Below, one piece after another: positions 38,139 to 51,598 of a stretch of DNA of 64,000 nt. Source of the DNA: Octopus vulgaris (taxonomy: Eukaryota); contig OX597840.1 in the NCBI GenBank assembly GCA_951406725.2, forward strand, positions 17,670,001 to 17,734,000. Reading direction: 5' to 3'. The notes below the pieces were generated by a model. The model was given only the letters and a program-made list of their open reading frames with translations. It ran no database searches and had not been told where the DNA came from. Each line of letters starts with the position of its first letter. The stretch's first letter is position 1. Position numbers and translations under genes: made by a program.

Positions 38139-38435
38139 GTGGAGGTGCAATGGCCCAGTGGCTAGGGCAGCAGACTCGCAGTCAGAGGATCGCAGTTTCA
38201 ATTCCCAGACTGGACGTTATGCATGTTTATTGAGTGAAAACACCTAAAGCTCTACGAGGCTCCGGCAGGGGGTGGTGGCGACCCCTGTTGTACTCTTTCT
38301 CTCACTCTTTCTTCCTGTTTCTTGAGTAACGCTGCAATGGACTGGTGTCCCATCCAGCTGGGGGGAACACATACGCCACAGAAACCGGGCCCATGAGCCT
38401 GGATAAGCTTGAAAAGGGCGCATAAATAAAATAAA
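38139..38435 (+). mobile_element. Related tRNA-derived SINE (same head also at about 34290-34480 and 62665-62960)
   Basis: A/B boxes; TSD TAAAAGGAATGTCA. Confidence 0.85.
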
Positions 38436-38799
38436 TAAAAGGAATGTCAAGATAATTTATGATAAAAAAATATTATTATAATCGTTTTCTGAATCACTTT
38501 CACTCACACTAGACTCATGCACACCATCACTTGTAGATGCGATTTCCGATTCACAAGCACTCATAGACGGACTTGTAGGTTTCTTTTTAAAAAACAAATC
38601 TAGAGATATTTGCCTAGAGGAAGTTTTTTTCGCTCTCTATAAATTTCCCTGTAACACGCAGCTTTTGTGATGGAAGTAGGAACTTTTGCACTTGATTCAA
38701 AATTTGGATCTTGTGCTTGAAAAATAAAACTTGTGAAGCGGGTCCTTGTAAAGTGAGGTTTTACTGTATATATATATACATATATCAATGATAACAAAG

Positions 38800-39127
38800 G
38801 GTAAAATTAATTAATTAAGAAGTAATCAATAATTTCACCAAGTAGAATTCGGCATGAAAAAAGGACCATTTCACGGTAAACTTAAGTAATACTAAATAAT
38901 TAGGGTTCAGCAAAGATTTGCTTTACCACATACCGAAGTTTAGAAATAGCAGCCAAAAAACGTTAGCTATTTCTTCTACTTTAAAAAGGGACTCCCAGAA
39001 AAACCAAAATACTTGAAAACAATTCTACTTTATAAAGTAGAAGAAATAGCTAACGTTTTTTGGCTGCTATTTCTAAACTTCGGTATGTGGTAAAGCAAAT
39101 CTTTGCTGAATCCTAATTATTTAGTAT
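38800..39127. mobile_element. Inverted-repeat fragment in (TA)n, Penelope-like architecture
   Basis: 38889-38983 is nearly the exact reverse complement of 39033-39127. Confidence 0.6.
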
Positions 39128-39135
39128 ATATATAT

Positions 39136-41147
39136 CATCATCATCATCATCATCGTTTAGCGTCCGCTTTCCATGCTAGCATGGGTTGGACGGGTCAACT
39201 GGGGTCTGTGAAGCTGGAAGGCTTCGTCAGGCCCAGTCAGATCTGGCAGTGTTTCTACGGCTGGATACCCTTCCTAACGCCAACCACTCCGCGAGTGTAG
39301 TGGGTGTTTTTTACGTGCCACCTGCACAGGTGCCAGACAGAGCTGGCAAACGGCCACGAACGGATGGTGCTTTTACGTGTCACCGGCACGGGGCCAGGCG
39401 ATGCTGGCAACGGACACGAACGGATGGTGCTTTTACGTGCCACCGACACGGGGCCAGACAGAGCTGGCAAACGGCCACGAACAGACGGTGCTTTTACGTG
39501 TCACCGGCACGGGGGCCAGCCGAGGCTGGCAACGGACACGAACGGATGGTGCTTTTACGTGCCACTGACACGGTTGCCAGACAGAGCTGGCACACAGCCA
39601 CGAGCGGACGGTGCTTTTACGTGTCACCGGCACGGGGGCCAACCGAGGCTGGCAACGGACACGAACGGATGGTGCTTTTACGTGCCACCGACACGGGGCC
39701 AGACAGAGCTGGCAACGGCCACGAACGGATGGTGCTTTTACGTGCCACCGACACGGTTGCCAGACAGAGCTGGCAAACGGCCACGAGCGGACGGTGCTTT
39801 TACGTGTCACCGGCACGGGGGCCAGCCAAGGCTGGCAACGGACACGAACGGATGGTGCTTTTACGTGCCACCGACACGGGGCCAGACAGAGCTGGCAACG
39901 GCCACGAACGGATGGTGCTTTTACGTGCCACCGACACGGGGCCAGACAAAGCTGGCAAACGGCCACGAATGGACGGTGCTTTTACGTGTCACCGGCACGG
40001 GGCCAGGCGAGGCTGGCAACGAACACGAACGGATGGTGCTTTTACGTGCCACCGACACGGGGTCAGGCAGAGCTGGCAAACGGCCACGAGCAAATGGTGC
40101 TTTTACGTATCACCGGCACGGGTGCCAGACGAGGCTGACAGCGGACACGAACGGATGGGTCACTTAACCCCTGCTTTCTGATATATGATTTGATTTTGAT
40201 TGTTCTCACTGGTTTTGCCGGGTCTTCTCACGTACAGCATACTTCCATAGGTCTCGGTCTCTGGTCATTTCCTTGGTGAGACCTAGAGTTCGAAGGTCGT
40301 GCTTCACCACCTCGACCCAGGTTTTCCTGGGTCTACCTCTTCCACAGGTCCCCTCAACTGCCAGGGTGTGGCACTTTTTCACACACCTATCTTCATCCAT
40401 TCTCACCACATGACCATACCAGCGCAATCGTCTCTCTTGCACACAACATCTGATTCCTCTTAGGTCCAACTTTTCTCTCAAGGTACTTACACTCTGTCGA
40501 CTATGAACACTGACATTACACATCCAACGGAGCATACTAGCTTCATTTCTCGCGAGCTTACGCATGTCCTCAGCAGTCACGGCCCATGTTTCACTGCCAT
40601 GTATCATGGCTGATCGTACACATGCATCATACAGTCTGCCTTTTACTCTGAGCGAGAGGCCTTTAGTCACCAACAGAGGTAAGAGCTCCCTAAACTTTGC
40701 CCAGGCTATTCTTACTCTAGCCGTTACACTTTCAGCACACCCACCCCCACTACTGACTTGGTCACCAAGATAACGGAAGCTATCAACTACTTCTAGTTTT
40801 TCCCCCTGGAAAGTGACGGAAGTTGTTTTCTGCAGATTTTCAGAGGTTAATGCTCCCGAGCATCTGCCACATACAAAAACCATCTTCCTAGTTAGCCTTC
40901 CTATGACATTGCTGCACCTCTTATGTGTCCATAGCTTACACTTGGTGCATCTTATAGAGTTTCTACCTACACCTTTTCTACAGATCGAGCAGGGCCATCT
41001 ACCTGAAGGCGTTTGTGATTTGTCTACCTTCCTACTTATTAGGACTTTGGTTTTAGCTAGGTTGACTCTAAGGCCCTTCGATTCTAAACCATGCTTCCAC
41101 ACCTGAAACTTCTTCTCCAGTTCTGATAATGACTCAGCAATTAGAGC

Positions 41148-41149
<2 letters not shown>
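39136..41149 (-). mobile_element. 5'-truncated RTE-type LINE: RT C-terminus, PHD-like Cys/His finger, thumb, tandem-repeat 3' UTR, (GAT)n tail
   Basis: About 310 uninterrupted codons (GLRVNLAKTK, CSIC...CTKC..WTHKRC...CGRC, FRYLG, HGSETW, RLRWYGHV, GRGRPRKTW). Confidence 0.92.
39300..40160. repeat. About 14 copies of a 60-nt GC-rich tandem unit in the LINE 3' UTR
   Basis: Recurrent GAACGGATGGTGCTTTTACGTG core. Confidence 0.9.
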
Positions 41150-41184
<35 letters not shown>

Positions 41185-42214
41185 TAGGTACATGCATGGG
41201 TATGTGGTGATATTCGCTTTCCAAGCACAGACGTTTTAGATTTAGTTCTGCTGTGTGGTACCTTGTGCAGGTGTCTTCTACTATATCCCCTGCCAAACAA
41301 AGTCATTTGAGTGAACTCAAAAGCCAACTCAGATGAGGGCTAATCGTTTATTCGTACAGGTAGGAGGAGCATAGGTGGGTTTGTGAGTGATGGATTCGTG
41401 TCTCCTTGTCTTGTCATTGTGTGATACTTGTGAATGAGTGTCACTATCCTGCAAGCTGTGTTCTTTACTTTCAGCATCCTTTCAAAACATATCCAGCCAT
41501 TGGGAAACAGGTGAGGCTTGGTGACAGGAAAAGCATCCAGCTGAATAAATCTGCTTCTATGAATGCTTATATATGCTTATATGCAAGCATGGAAAAAGGG
41601 ACATTTAAAGGGTGATGATGATGATGATGATGATTATGTCTACATGTGCATGTAATGTATGCATGCCCTAATGCTATACAACAACAACAACAACTTGTAT
41701 CTTCAGGAAGGTAATTAATTGGTGGAGTGCCAGACTAAATGTTTTTCTGGGGTTAACTCTACAAATTTTTGCAATTAGTGGCTTTGTGCCAATGTAACAT
41801 ATTGTGAATTATAATATTGATAATAATAATAATAATATCGGTTTTAAATTTTGGCACAAGGCCAGCAATTTCAGGGGTGGTGATGTAAGTTGATTACATT
41901 AACCCCAGTATCCAACTGGTACTTATTTTATTGACCCTGAAAGGATGAAAGGCAATGTCAACCTTGGTGAAATTTGAACTCAGAACAGATGGATGAAATG
42001 CCACTAATCATTTAATGATTCTGTCAGCTTGCTTCCATATTGACAATAGTAATATTAATAATATCAATATTGCTAGTGTTAATGTTATAATATTAATGAT
42101 ATTAAGGTGGTGCCCCAGCATGGCCGCAGTCTAATGACTGAAACAAGTAAAAGAGTAAAGAGTAAGTGATTTTTCATTCCAAGTCTTTTTTTTTTAATAT
42201 CTGGTTTAAATTAG

Positions 42215-42409
42215 ATTTTTTAAAGCAAGAAACCACAACAACCAGAAAAATTTAAAGAAAGAAAGAAAGAAAAGTCTGCAACCTGCTGTTGTATACTCCT
42301 CCCCCTCCTCCTTCTCCAGCTCCTGCTCCTCCTCCTCCTCTTCCTCTAACCCCAAGAAACAAAGCTCTGCTATGCAAATTCTGTTGGACACTTTGAATTC
42401 TTGAGAAAG
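42215..42409 (+). other. Candidate non-coding exon of the plus-strand gene
   Basis: T-tract plus TAG acceptor at 42214 and AAG|GTATTT donor; unique sequence; no frame is open across the whole exon. Confidence 0.3.
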
Positions 42410-42569
42410 GTATTTAAGAAATGTGAACCAGTTCCAACCACCTGACTTTCCTTCAACAGCTTTTCCCATCACAGACTGACGCTGATACTCCATGGCATTT
42501 TTCAGAGATTTCAGGGTGTTTTGTGTATTTATTTATTTATTTGATTTCCAAGGTTACCAGTGTTGGAAT

Positions 42570-42965
42570 AGGTGGTGGTGGTAGTAGGGATGAGGGTACT
42601 ACTGGTATTGTGCTTGTGGTAATGGATGGTGGTAGTGGGTGGTGAGGAGGGGGTGATGGTCGTAGTGGTGTTGGTGCTTGATAGTAATGCTGGTGGTGGT
42701 GATGGTGGTTCTAGTGGTAACTATGGTGATGGTTGTGGTGGCAGTGGTTGTGATGATGGACCTGTTGGTAAGTGTGGTGGTGGTGCTGCTGGTAATGTTG
42801 GTGTTGGTGATGGTGGTGGTGTTGGTTGTGGTGCAGGTGGTGTTGGCGATGGTGATGGTTGTGGTTGTGCTACTGTTGATGATGATGGTGGTGGTGGTTG
42901 GCAGTAATGTTGATGGTGGTGGTATAGATGGCAATGGTTGTTGATGGTTGTGGTGGTGGTAGTGG
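42570..42965. repeat. Degenerate (GGT/GAT)n low-complexity tract
   Basis: Directly visible; similar tracts at about 6100-6740 and 43390-43580. Confidence 0.9.
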
Positions 42966-43707
42966 TCTTTGTTGATTAACCCAAGACACGCTCTGATCAA
43001 ACACCCATATGTCAAAGGCCTTCCAGCTGTGACCATCCTGTCTTATTCCTATGTCAAACCAACACAAGACCATATATCTATTCTGACATCTATTTTAAGA
43101 CAGGACAGTATGTGATATGAACAAGACTTAGCTACTATTTCTAACACATTGACTGACCACATAAAATGTCCTTCGTTCGTTGGTGATGGCTGTTGTTGTT
43201 GTTGTTGTTGTTGTTCAGCCCCAGGTCAAGCCTGATGAAGGAGGTCTATGATGAAAGGTATTCCAGATATGACTATACCGTCTGTGTAGAGCTAAGACCA
43301 CATTATCTAATGTACCTTCTTAGGATGTGATCTGAGGTCAACTGGCTTCTATTTCTAGTAGGTTGAGTAACCACATAGATGATGTTGTTGACTTGGTTAT
43401 GGTGGTGGTGGTAGTGGTGGTGATAGTAATAATGGTATAACAGTACTATCGCACACACCACCACCCTACCATTGTCAATGAGTGGTGGCAATAGAAATAG
43501 TAGTAGTAGTAGTTATGGTAGTGGTATTGGTGGTGGTGGTGGTGGTGGTGATGGTGGTGGTGGTGGTGGTGGTGGAGCAGGTATTTTCATTGCCAATTGG
43601 AATGTCAAATAAATTATATCTCACAACTGGAAATACACACACATATAAATATATATGTGTGTGTGTGTATATATATATATATACACACACACATATGTGC
43701 ATGTGTT

Positions 43708-43780
<73 letters not shown>

Positions 43781-43862
43781 AAATATATCATCATCATTAT
43801 CATCATCATTTAATGTCTGTTTTCCATGCTGGCATGAGCTGGACAGATATATAGTGTGTGTG

Positions 43863-43909
<47 letters not shown>

Positions 43910-43922
43910 ATATTTATATTTA

Positions 43923-43976
<54 letters not shown>

Positions 43977-44716
43977 TATATACACACACATGCAATATGA
44001 ACAAAAATTAGTTGGCTTTCAGTTTAATTATTTATGAGATTAACGAGCTGTGAGAAGTGGTAAATAAACCCCCGGGAGAGACAGCTAGCTCTGCCAACTA
44101 CTATAAAACTTCAACAGTTGTTGCTCTTGTTGTTGTTTAACCCTGTAATGGACCTTTGAGCAAAAGTTGTTGCTCCAGTCATGACCATCCATTTAGTTCT
44201 TTATTCAGAGATGCTCTGCCTTGGATTATAATTCACTTCCCTAACCATGTGGTTTTGGGTTCAGTCCCATTGCATGGCACCTTAGACAAGTGTCTTTTTT
44301 ATGGTCCTGGGCTGCCCAAAGTCTTGTGTGTGGATTTAGTAAAAGGAAACTGATTAAAGCTCATTGTATAAAACGTGTGTGTGTGTGTGTTGTATGTATT
44401 TTGTGTGTTGTATGTCTGTGTGTCTTCTTGTCTTGACATCACGTTATGGTTGTAAATGAGCATCACCATCATACAAGAGGTGTTTCTAGTCTTTCATGAA
44501 AAAAATGTCTGGTTTTAGGAAATTGTTACCTTGCTTTGGAGACAAGTGAGGGTTGGCAGCAGGGAAGGCACCTGGCTGTTGCAAAGCTGCCTAAATAAAC
44601 CTTGTTTGACCCATGCAAGCATGGACAATGTGGACCTTAAATGGTGATGACGATGGATCCTGCTAACTATTAGGATGAAATGAAATAATTGTGTTATAAG
44701 ACTTCTATTTTTTTCT

Positions 44717-45376
44717 TTTTTGTCTTTGGTCAATAACTGTTATTTCCTATTTGCTCCTATCCGGAAATCAAAGGAAATCAATACTCTTCCCTTCAAATTT
44801 TACTTTTCTGACCTGGATATCAACATTTTCAAACTTACCTATTTTTTCCATTACATTTCACACAGATTCAGTGCTGAGTTACTGAAGCAGAAATTTCATT
44901 ATAGCAAATATTCTGCTCAATACCACAGATTTGCTTGTTGTCTTTGGTCAGTAAGAGTTATGTCCTATTTGCTTCTATCTAGAAATCAAAAGAAATGACT
45001 ACTGGTTCCTTTAAACTTTGCTTTTCTGACCTGGACATGATGATGTTTGGAAGCTGACCTATTTTCCATTACATTTCACACAGATTCAGTGCCAAGTTGC
45101 TGAAGCAGAAATATCGTTATAGCAAATATTCTGCTCAATACCACAGATTTGCTTGATCTTAACCACGTGAGCATGTCTTTTAGCGGCTGACAATGTGTGC
45201 ATCTCTTATGATGAGCAGGAGTTGTGGAGGAACATCATAGTCATGTGTTGAGAGGGATTCTTTGGGGTTTGAATAAATATCATAACAAAAGCATAGCTTG
45301 AAGGAAGCATTAGCCATTTTCCATACTTTGTAGGAATAAGCAAATAGGAAATAACAGTTGCTACCCAAGGACAAAA
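44717..45376. mobile_element. MITE with TIRs of about 40 bp and an internal tandem duplication; homologue at about 28640-29085
   Basis: TTTTGTC.TTGG....AACTGTTATTTCCTATTTGCT at both ends. Confidence 0.7.
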
Positions 45377-46680
45377 CTCGTGTTACACAGTGTTACCTCC
45401 CTTGTAATATTGTAATAACCGTGTCCACCAGGGGAGCCACATGTTAGTTAAAAACTGTTTTACAAAAATATTTCTGTTCAGTTTTCCTTTTCTTTTCTCT
45501 TGTTTCAGCCATTGGACTGGTGGCCATACTGGGGCACCACCTCGAAGTGTTTAGTCAAACAATTCGATCCCAGTACTTATTTATTTTTCGTGTCTGATAC
45601 CTATTCTATTGAACTCTCAAGCGAACCACTAAGTTATGGGGGATGTAAACAAACTAGCAGTGTGTGTGTGGATGGGGAGGGGGCATTTGAACTCAGAACA
45701 TAAAACGCCAGACGAAATACGGCTATGCATTTCTCCTGGTGTGCTAACGTTTCTGCCAGCTCGCCATATATATGTATATATGACTGGTTGTCAAATGGTG
45801 ATGAGGGTAGGGACAAACATAAAGACACACACACACAAATGTGTATGTCTATATATATCCTTGCCAGTATGGAAGGCGGATGTTAAATGATGGTGATGAT
45901 GATGATGATGATATATATACACATGTATGTGTGTCTGTCTGTCTGTCTGTATTTGTTCCCACCCTCACCACCGTTTGACAATCAGTATTGGTGTGTTTAC
46001 ATTCCTCATGACTTGGCAGTTCAGCAAAAGAGCCTGATAAAATAAGTACCAGGCTTAAAAAAATAACTCTTGCAGTTGATTTGTTCCACTAAAACCCTTC
46101 AAGGTGGTGCCCCAGCATGGCCACCATCAAATGATTGAAACAAGTAAAAGAACAAAACAATATATTTGCGTGTGTTTCTGTGTCTGTGCTTGTCTCCCAC
46201 CACTGTTTCAATCCCCATAACTTAGCAGTTTGGCAAAAGAGACTGATAGAATAAGTACCAGGCTTTAAAAGAAAAATAAGTGCTGGGATTGCTAAGTTTG
46301 ACAAAAAATTCCTCAAGCTGGTGCCCCAGCATGGCCACAGTTTAATGACTGAAACAAGAAAAAAAAAGATATACAATGGGCTTCCACACAGTTTCCATCT
46401 ACCAAATCCACTCACAAGTTTTTGGTTGCCTCAGGGCTATAATAGAAGACACTTGCCCAAGGTGCCATTCAGTGGGACTGAACCCAAGACCATATAGTTG
46501 GGAAGAAAGCTCTTTGACCACACAGCAGTCCCTATTTTTTTTATTTGTTTTTATTTTTATTGTTTACTTGTTTATTATACCCTCTCCCCTTTTCCTCTTT
46601 CACTAATTTTCTGTTTCTAATTATAATTCCAGATAATTGTTGTTTGGTAAAGAAGACATCGGCTGCGCTATCAGCAAGTC

Positions 46681-47073
46681 ATGAAGAAATGTGGTCTGGA
46701 CAAGCAAGGCATTGGCGGCACCGAACATCACAGCAGTGGTGTCACTTTGCGCAAGGCATCGCAGAGCAGCTTCAATGACGACCACGAAGACGATGACTCT
46801 TTGGAAAACATGGAGTTCCTTTCTTGCATGCTGCCATATGATGAAGAAATTGCTGAGACAAAAAAGTCTGTGGAACGGATTCTGGGAGAGGTAAATGCTG
46901 AATACCACGAACCTCTACCATTGGAAACTGACTTGCGCAGATTTGAAGAACCCCTTCTCCATTTGAGGACTTTCTTGGACAATAACCGAGACCCTCCCAA
47001 TAGTACTACCCCAGCTGTCAATGGACCCTGTAGAGATCCAATCCAAGCTATGAGAGCGTTTCTGGATCGTTAA
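46681..47073 (+). CDS. Unidentified 130-aa acidic protein, apparently encoded within one exon
   Basis: Non-repetitive coding-like composition; acceptor ttccag at 46632 with an upstream pyrimidine tract; in-frame stop before the ATG; G at -3; ATTAAA at 47132 followed by a GT-rich tract. Confidence 0.65.
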   Translation: MKKCGLDKQGIGGTEHHSSGVTLRKASQSSFNDDHEDDDSLENMEFLSCMLPYDEEIAETKKSVERILGEVNAEYHEPLPLETDLRRFEEPLLHLRTFLDNNRDPPNSTTPAVNGPCRDPIQAMRAFLDR

Positions 47074-47765
47074 ATGTTTAAAGTGTTGTGAGAGATGATT
47101 CTTCTAGTTTTTGTTTGTTGTATTTGTTTTTATTAAACGTTGATATATTCCTGTTGGTTTCCTTATTTTGGTTCTTATAGCCTCCTCAGGTGTTTTGACC
47201 ATTCTGTACTTTGGCATTCTTCAGTTGCCTGTCATTATTAGTAGAACGGTTGGTATTGGTAGCAGGAACAGCTACCACAGCAGAACAGTAGTTAAATAGA
47301 TACATACTCATACACACACACACACACGTATATCTTTTATCTTTTACTTGTTTCAGTCGTTATACTGTGGTCATGCTGGAGCACTGCCTAATCAACCCCA
47401 GTACTTTTTTTTAATTAAGCCTGGTACTTACTCTGTTAATCTCTTTGTCAAACTGCTAAGTCACAGGATCATAAGCACACCAACACCAATTGTCAAGGGA
47501 CAAACACAAAGGCACACACACACACACATACTCTCTTTACTCTTTTACTATTTTACTTGTTTCAGTCATTTGACTGTGGCCGTGCTGGAGGGCCACCTTT
47601 AAGTCAAGCAAATCGACCCCAGGACTTATTCTTTGTAAGCCTAGTACTTATTCTATTGGTCTCTTTTGCCGAACCACTAAGTTACAGGATGTAACACACC
47701 AGCATCGGTTGTCAAGCAATGTTGAGGGGACAAACACAGACACACAAACATAGACACATACACTT

Positions 47766-47800
<35 letters not shown>

Positions 47801-48499
47801 CACATATATACAACAGGCTTCTTTCAGTTTCCGAGGCTACAGTAGAAGACATTTGCCCATGGTGCCACACAGTGGGACTGAACTTGGAACCATGTGGTTG
47901 GGAAGTAACCACACAGCTATGCTTATATCTATCATCATCATCATCGGTTAACGTCCACTTTCCATGCTGGCATGGGTTGGACAGTTTGACTGCGGACTGG
48001 CAAGTCAGGAGGCTGCACAAGGCTCCGATCTGATCTGGTAGTGTTTCTACAGCTTGATGCCCTTCCTAACGTCGACCACTCCGAGAGTGTAGTGGGTGTT
48101 TTTTATTTGCCACTGGCACAGGAGGTGGGGCAGTCAGGCGGCACTGGCATCAACCATGCCACCAGCACAAAAGCCATACATGCACACACATACACACACA
48201 CAACACATACATACACATATATATATGGAGTAATTTTACATTAAGGAGTGGAACATAGAATTTCCTGTGAGTTTGAGTGTCTCGTGGTCCCAGCAGACAA
48301 AATGGAAAAAGCGTTGCCCTTCAGGATAGCGAGGGAGATGTGCTGGAACAGCCACTCTGACTAATGAGACTTGCATTTACAGACAACCATCTCTGCCCTG
48401 ATAGCAGCAAGCAGGGATTTAGTCTGGGGCCACTTTCACAGATATGAACATAAACTTGTCAGATAGAACTATTACCTGGTATATTTAATGATGCTCTCA

Positions 48500-50092
48500 G
48501 AATTTTGAACCAATTTCTTTGATATTCCTTTTGCAACGATATTTCTGTGAAAGTACGCTGTCTTTGTTTCAATTAATTTTAAAGATAACAAAGAATTGTT
48601 CTTATTAAGCTGGTACTTGGAACATGAATTAAGAAATTTTGATGGAATTTGGATTAGAACAAGGTATTTGTGTCATTGAACAAGGGTAAGGAGATGTGGG
48701 TGATATCAAGTGGGTTCGTATTAGTAGGGTTAATCCATTTTTGCTACCATATTTGTATTGAAATAAGGTGGCAAGCTGGCAGACTCATTGGCCTGCCTGG
48801 CAAAATTTGTCTGTCTTTGTGTTCTGAGTTCAAATTCTACTGAGGTCAGCTTTGCCCTTCATCCTTTCAAGGTTGATAAAATATGTATCAGTTGAACTCT
48901 GGGGTCGATGTAATTGGCTTAACTCCTCACTCAAACTTGCTGGCCTGGTGCCAAGTTTTGAAACCATCATTATTATTATTATTAGGAGTGGCTGTGTGGT
49001 AAGCAGCTTGCTTACGAACCACATGGTTCTGGGTTCAGTTCCACTGCGTGGCATCTTGGGCATGTGTCTTCTACTATAGCCTTGGGCCGGCCAAAGCCTT
49101 GTAAGTGGATTTGGTAGATGGAAACTGAAAGAAGCCCATCGTATATATGTATATATATATATGTATGTGTGTGTGTGTGTATGTTTGAGTGTTTGTGTTT
49201 GTCCCCACCAACATCGCTTGACAACTGATGCTGGTGTGTTTATGTCCCCGTAACTTAGTGGTTCAGCAAAAAAGACTGATAGAATAAGTACTAGGCTTAC
49301 AACGAATAAGTCCTGGGATCGATTTGCTTGACTAAAGGCAATGCTCCAGCATGGCTGCACTCAAATGACTGAAACAAATAAAAGAGTAAAAAGTATGCTT
49401 GGCAAAATGCTTAGTGGCATTTCATTCATCCTTATGTTCTGAGTTCAAATTCTGCTGTGGTCCACTTTGCCTTTCATCCTTTTGGGGTCAATTAAGTACC
49501 AGTGAAACACTGAGGTCAATGTAATCAACTTATTTCCTCCCCAGAACTTGTACCAAAATTTGAAGCCAATATTTCTCCTGAAATGCATTACTGTGGTTTC
49601 AATTAATTTTGAAAATAACGAGCAATTTAGTAAAATATCTTTGTTTAAATTAAGCTGACATTTGGAAAATAAATTAATACGAGATTTTGACAGAAAGTTT
49701 AAATTTAGACCACGCAAAAACAGGAAGTTTGTTGTCATAGAACCAGGGATAGTCTCAGGTGGGTTGGTACCAAAACGGTTTACTGTATTCCTGTCGAAGT
49801 ACACTGCTGCCTTTGTTTCAATTAATTTTAAAAGTAATGAAAGATTGTTCTTCAGCTGGTGGCTGGAACATGAATTAACATGAAATTTTCATGGAAGGTT
49901 AATAATTTAAATCACTCTTCATTAATTTGAGATGCAAGAGTGGCAGTGTGGTAAGTAGCTTGCTTACCAACCATATGGTTCCGGGTTCAGTCCCACTGCG
50001 TGGCACCTTGGGCAAGTGTCTTCTACTATAGCCTCAGGCCGACCAAAGCCTTGTGAGTGGATTTGGTAGACGGAAACTGAAAAGAATCCCGT

Positions 50093-50139
<47 letters not shown>

Positions 50140-50995
50140 TTGTGTGTCTGTGTTTGTCCTCCCAACATTGCTTGACAAACGATGCTGGTGTGTTTACGTC
50201 CCCATAACTTAGCGGTTCAGCAAAAGAGACTGATAGAATAAGTACTAGGCTTACAAAGAATATGTCCTGGGGTCGATTTGCTCGACTAAAGGTGGTGCTC
50301 CAGCATGGCCACAGTCAAATGACTGAAACAAGTAAAAGAGTCAGAATCAGGGGCAATTTCAAGAGATTTGGTGTCAGAAGGGTCAACCCTTTATGTTACC
50401 ATATTTCTGTTGAAATACGCTGCTTCTGTTACAATTCATTTTGAAAATAACAAAGAATTTAATGAAATAACTTAGTCATTATTAAACTGGCATTTGAAAC
50501 ATAAATTAACAAGAAATTTTGATGGAAGGTTTTTAAAACAGGACATTTGTATCACAGAACCAGGGGCCGGGTTAACCCTTTTGTTACCAAATTTCTGTTG
50601 ATATTCACCACTTGTGTTTCTGTTAATTTAGGAAATAATTTTGTCATTACTAAACTTGCATTTGGAACATAAATTAAAATGAAATTTTGGTGGAAGTTTT
50701 CTGAAAATTGCATCATGGAACCAAGGGGTGGATTAATGACCCTTTGGCATTCAGATTACTCTGTCAAATGTAATCCTTATTTATTCACATCGTTTTCAAT
50801 TAATCCTGCATTATCTCATAGCTTTGAGATTTCAGTGATGAGATTGTTTAATTTTTAGAATGAGGCATTGTAAGGTAGGTGTGAGAGGCCAGATCTGGGT
50901 GGTTTGAACATAAAAACAGGGAGAATATTGGGGCTGGATATTGGCTTGTTTAAATACTATAGGGTTAAGGTAGGCTGATATGAAAAGGGTTAAAT
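48500..50995. mobile_element. Cluster of piggyBac-type MITEs interleaved with SINEs
   Basis: Several homologues of the 15918 MITE (about 48530-48730, 49580-49920, 50385-50740) and a second family at 50740-50968. Confidence 0.65.
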
Positions 50996-51293
50996 ATGCA
51001 CCTGACAGGCTTCTTCCAGTTTCCAACAGTTAAATCTACACACATGGCTTTGGTCAGCACAAGGCTATAATAGAAGACACTTGCCCAAAGTTCTATGCAG
51101 GAGGACTGAACCCAGAACCATGTGGTTGGGAAGCAAGCTTCTTACCACAGAGCCACTAAGAAAAAGATCATTTTATATACTATCAAATATGGTAATTAAG
51201 ATGAGGGTATCAAAAGTGTCTTAGTCCACCTGGGGATGAGAACCCAAGTTGTATCACTGATGACTGGTTTTGACTTATTTACAGTGGCCCCTG

Positions 51294-51598
51294 TGGAGGC
51301 ACATGGCCTAGTGGTTAGAGCAGCGGACTCACGGTTGAGGGATCACGGGTTCAAATCTCAGACCGGGCGATGTGTGTGTTTATGAGCAAAACACCTAAGC
51401 TCCACACGGCTCTGGCAGAAGCTAATGGTGAACTTCTGCTGACACTTTCGCCACAACTTTCACTCACTCTTTCCTCCTGCATCTTGCAGCTCACCTGCGA
51501 TGGACCGGCGTTCTGTCCAGGTGGGGGGAACCTATACGCCAAGGAAACCAGGAAACTGGCCCTAATGAGCCAGGCATGGCTCAAGAAGGAACAAACAA
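51294..51598 (+). mobile_element. tRNA-derived SINE (family also at 21667-21971 minus, 34521-34798, 55409-55709)
   Basis: A box TGGCCTAGTGG, B box GGTTCAAATC, (ACAA)n tail, TSD ACAGTGGCCCCTG; other copies have TSDs ATGGAGTAATAGAT and AAGTATATGATTT. Confidence 0.9.

Noticed and set aside
39300-40160. CRISPR-like regular repeat array and 287-331 aa repetitive ORFs
   Set aside because: The spacers are themselves repeats, there are no cas genes, and the context is eukaryotic. The array is the 3' UTR of the adjacent LINE, and the ORFs result from a stop-poor unit.
42599-44004. Thr/Val/Gly-rich and YIYI/HTHT ORFs (and similar ORFs throughout the window)
   Set aside because: Translations of trinucleotide and dinucleotide microsatellites
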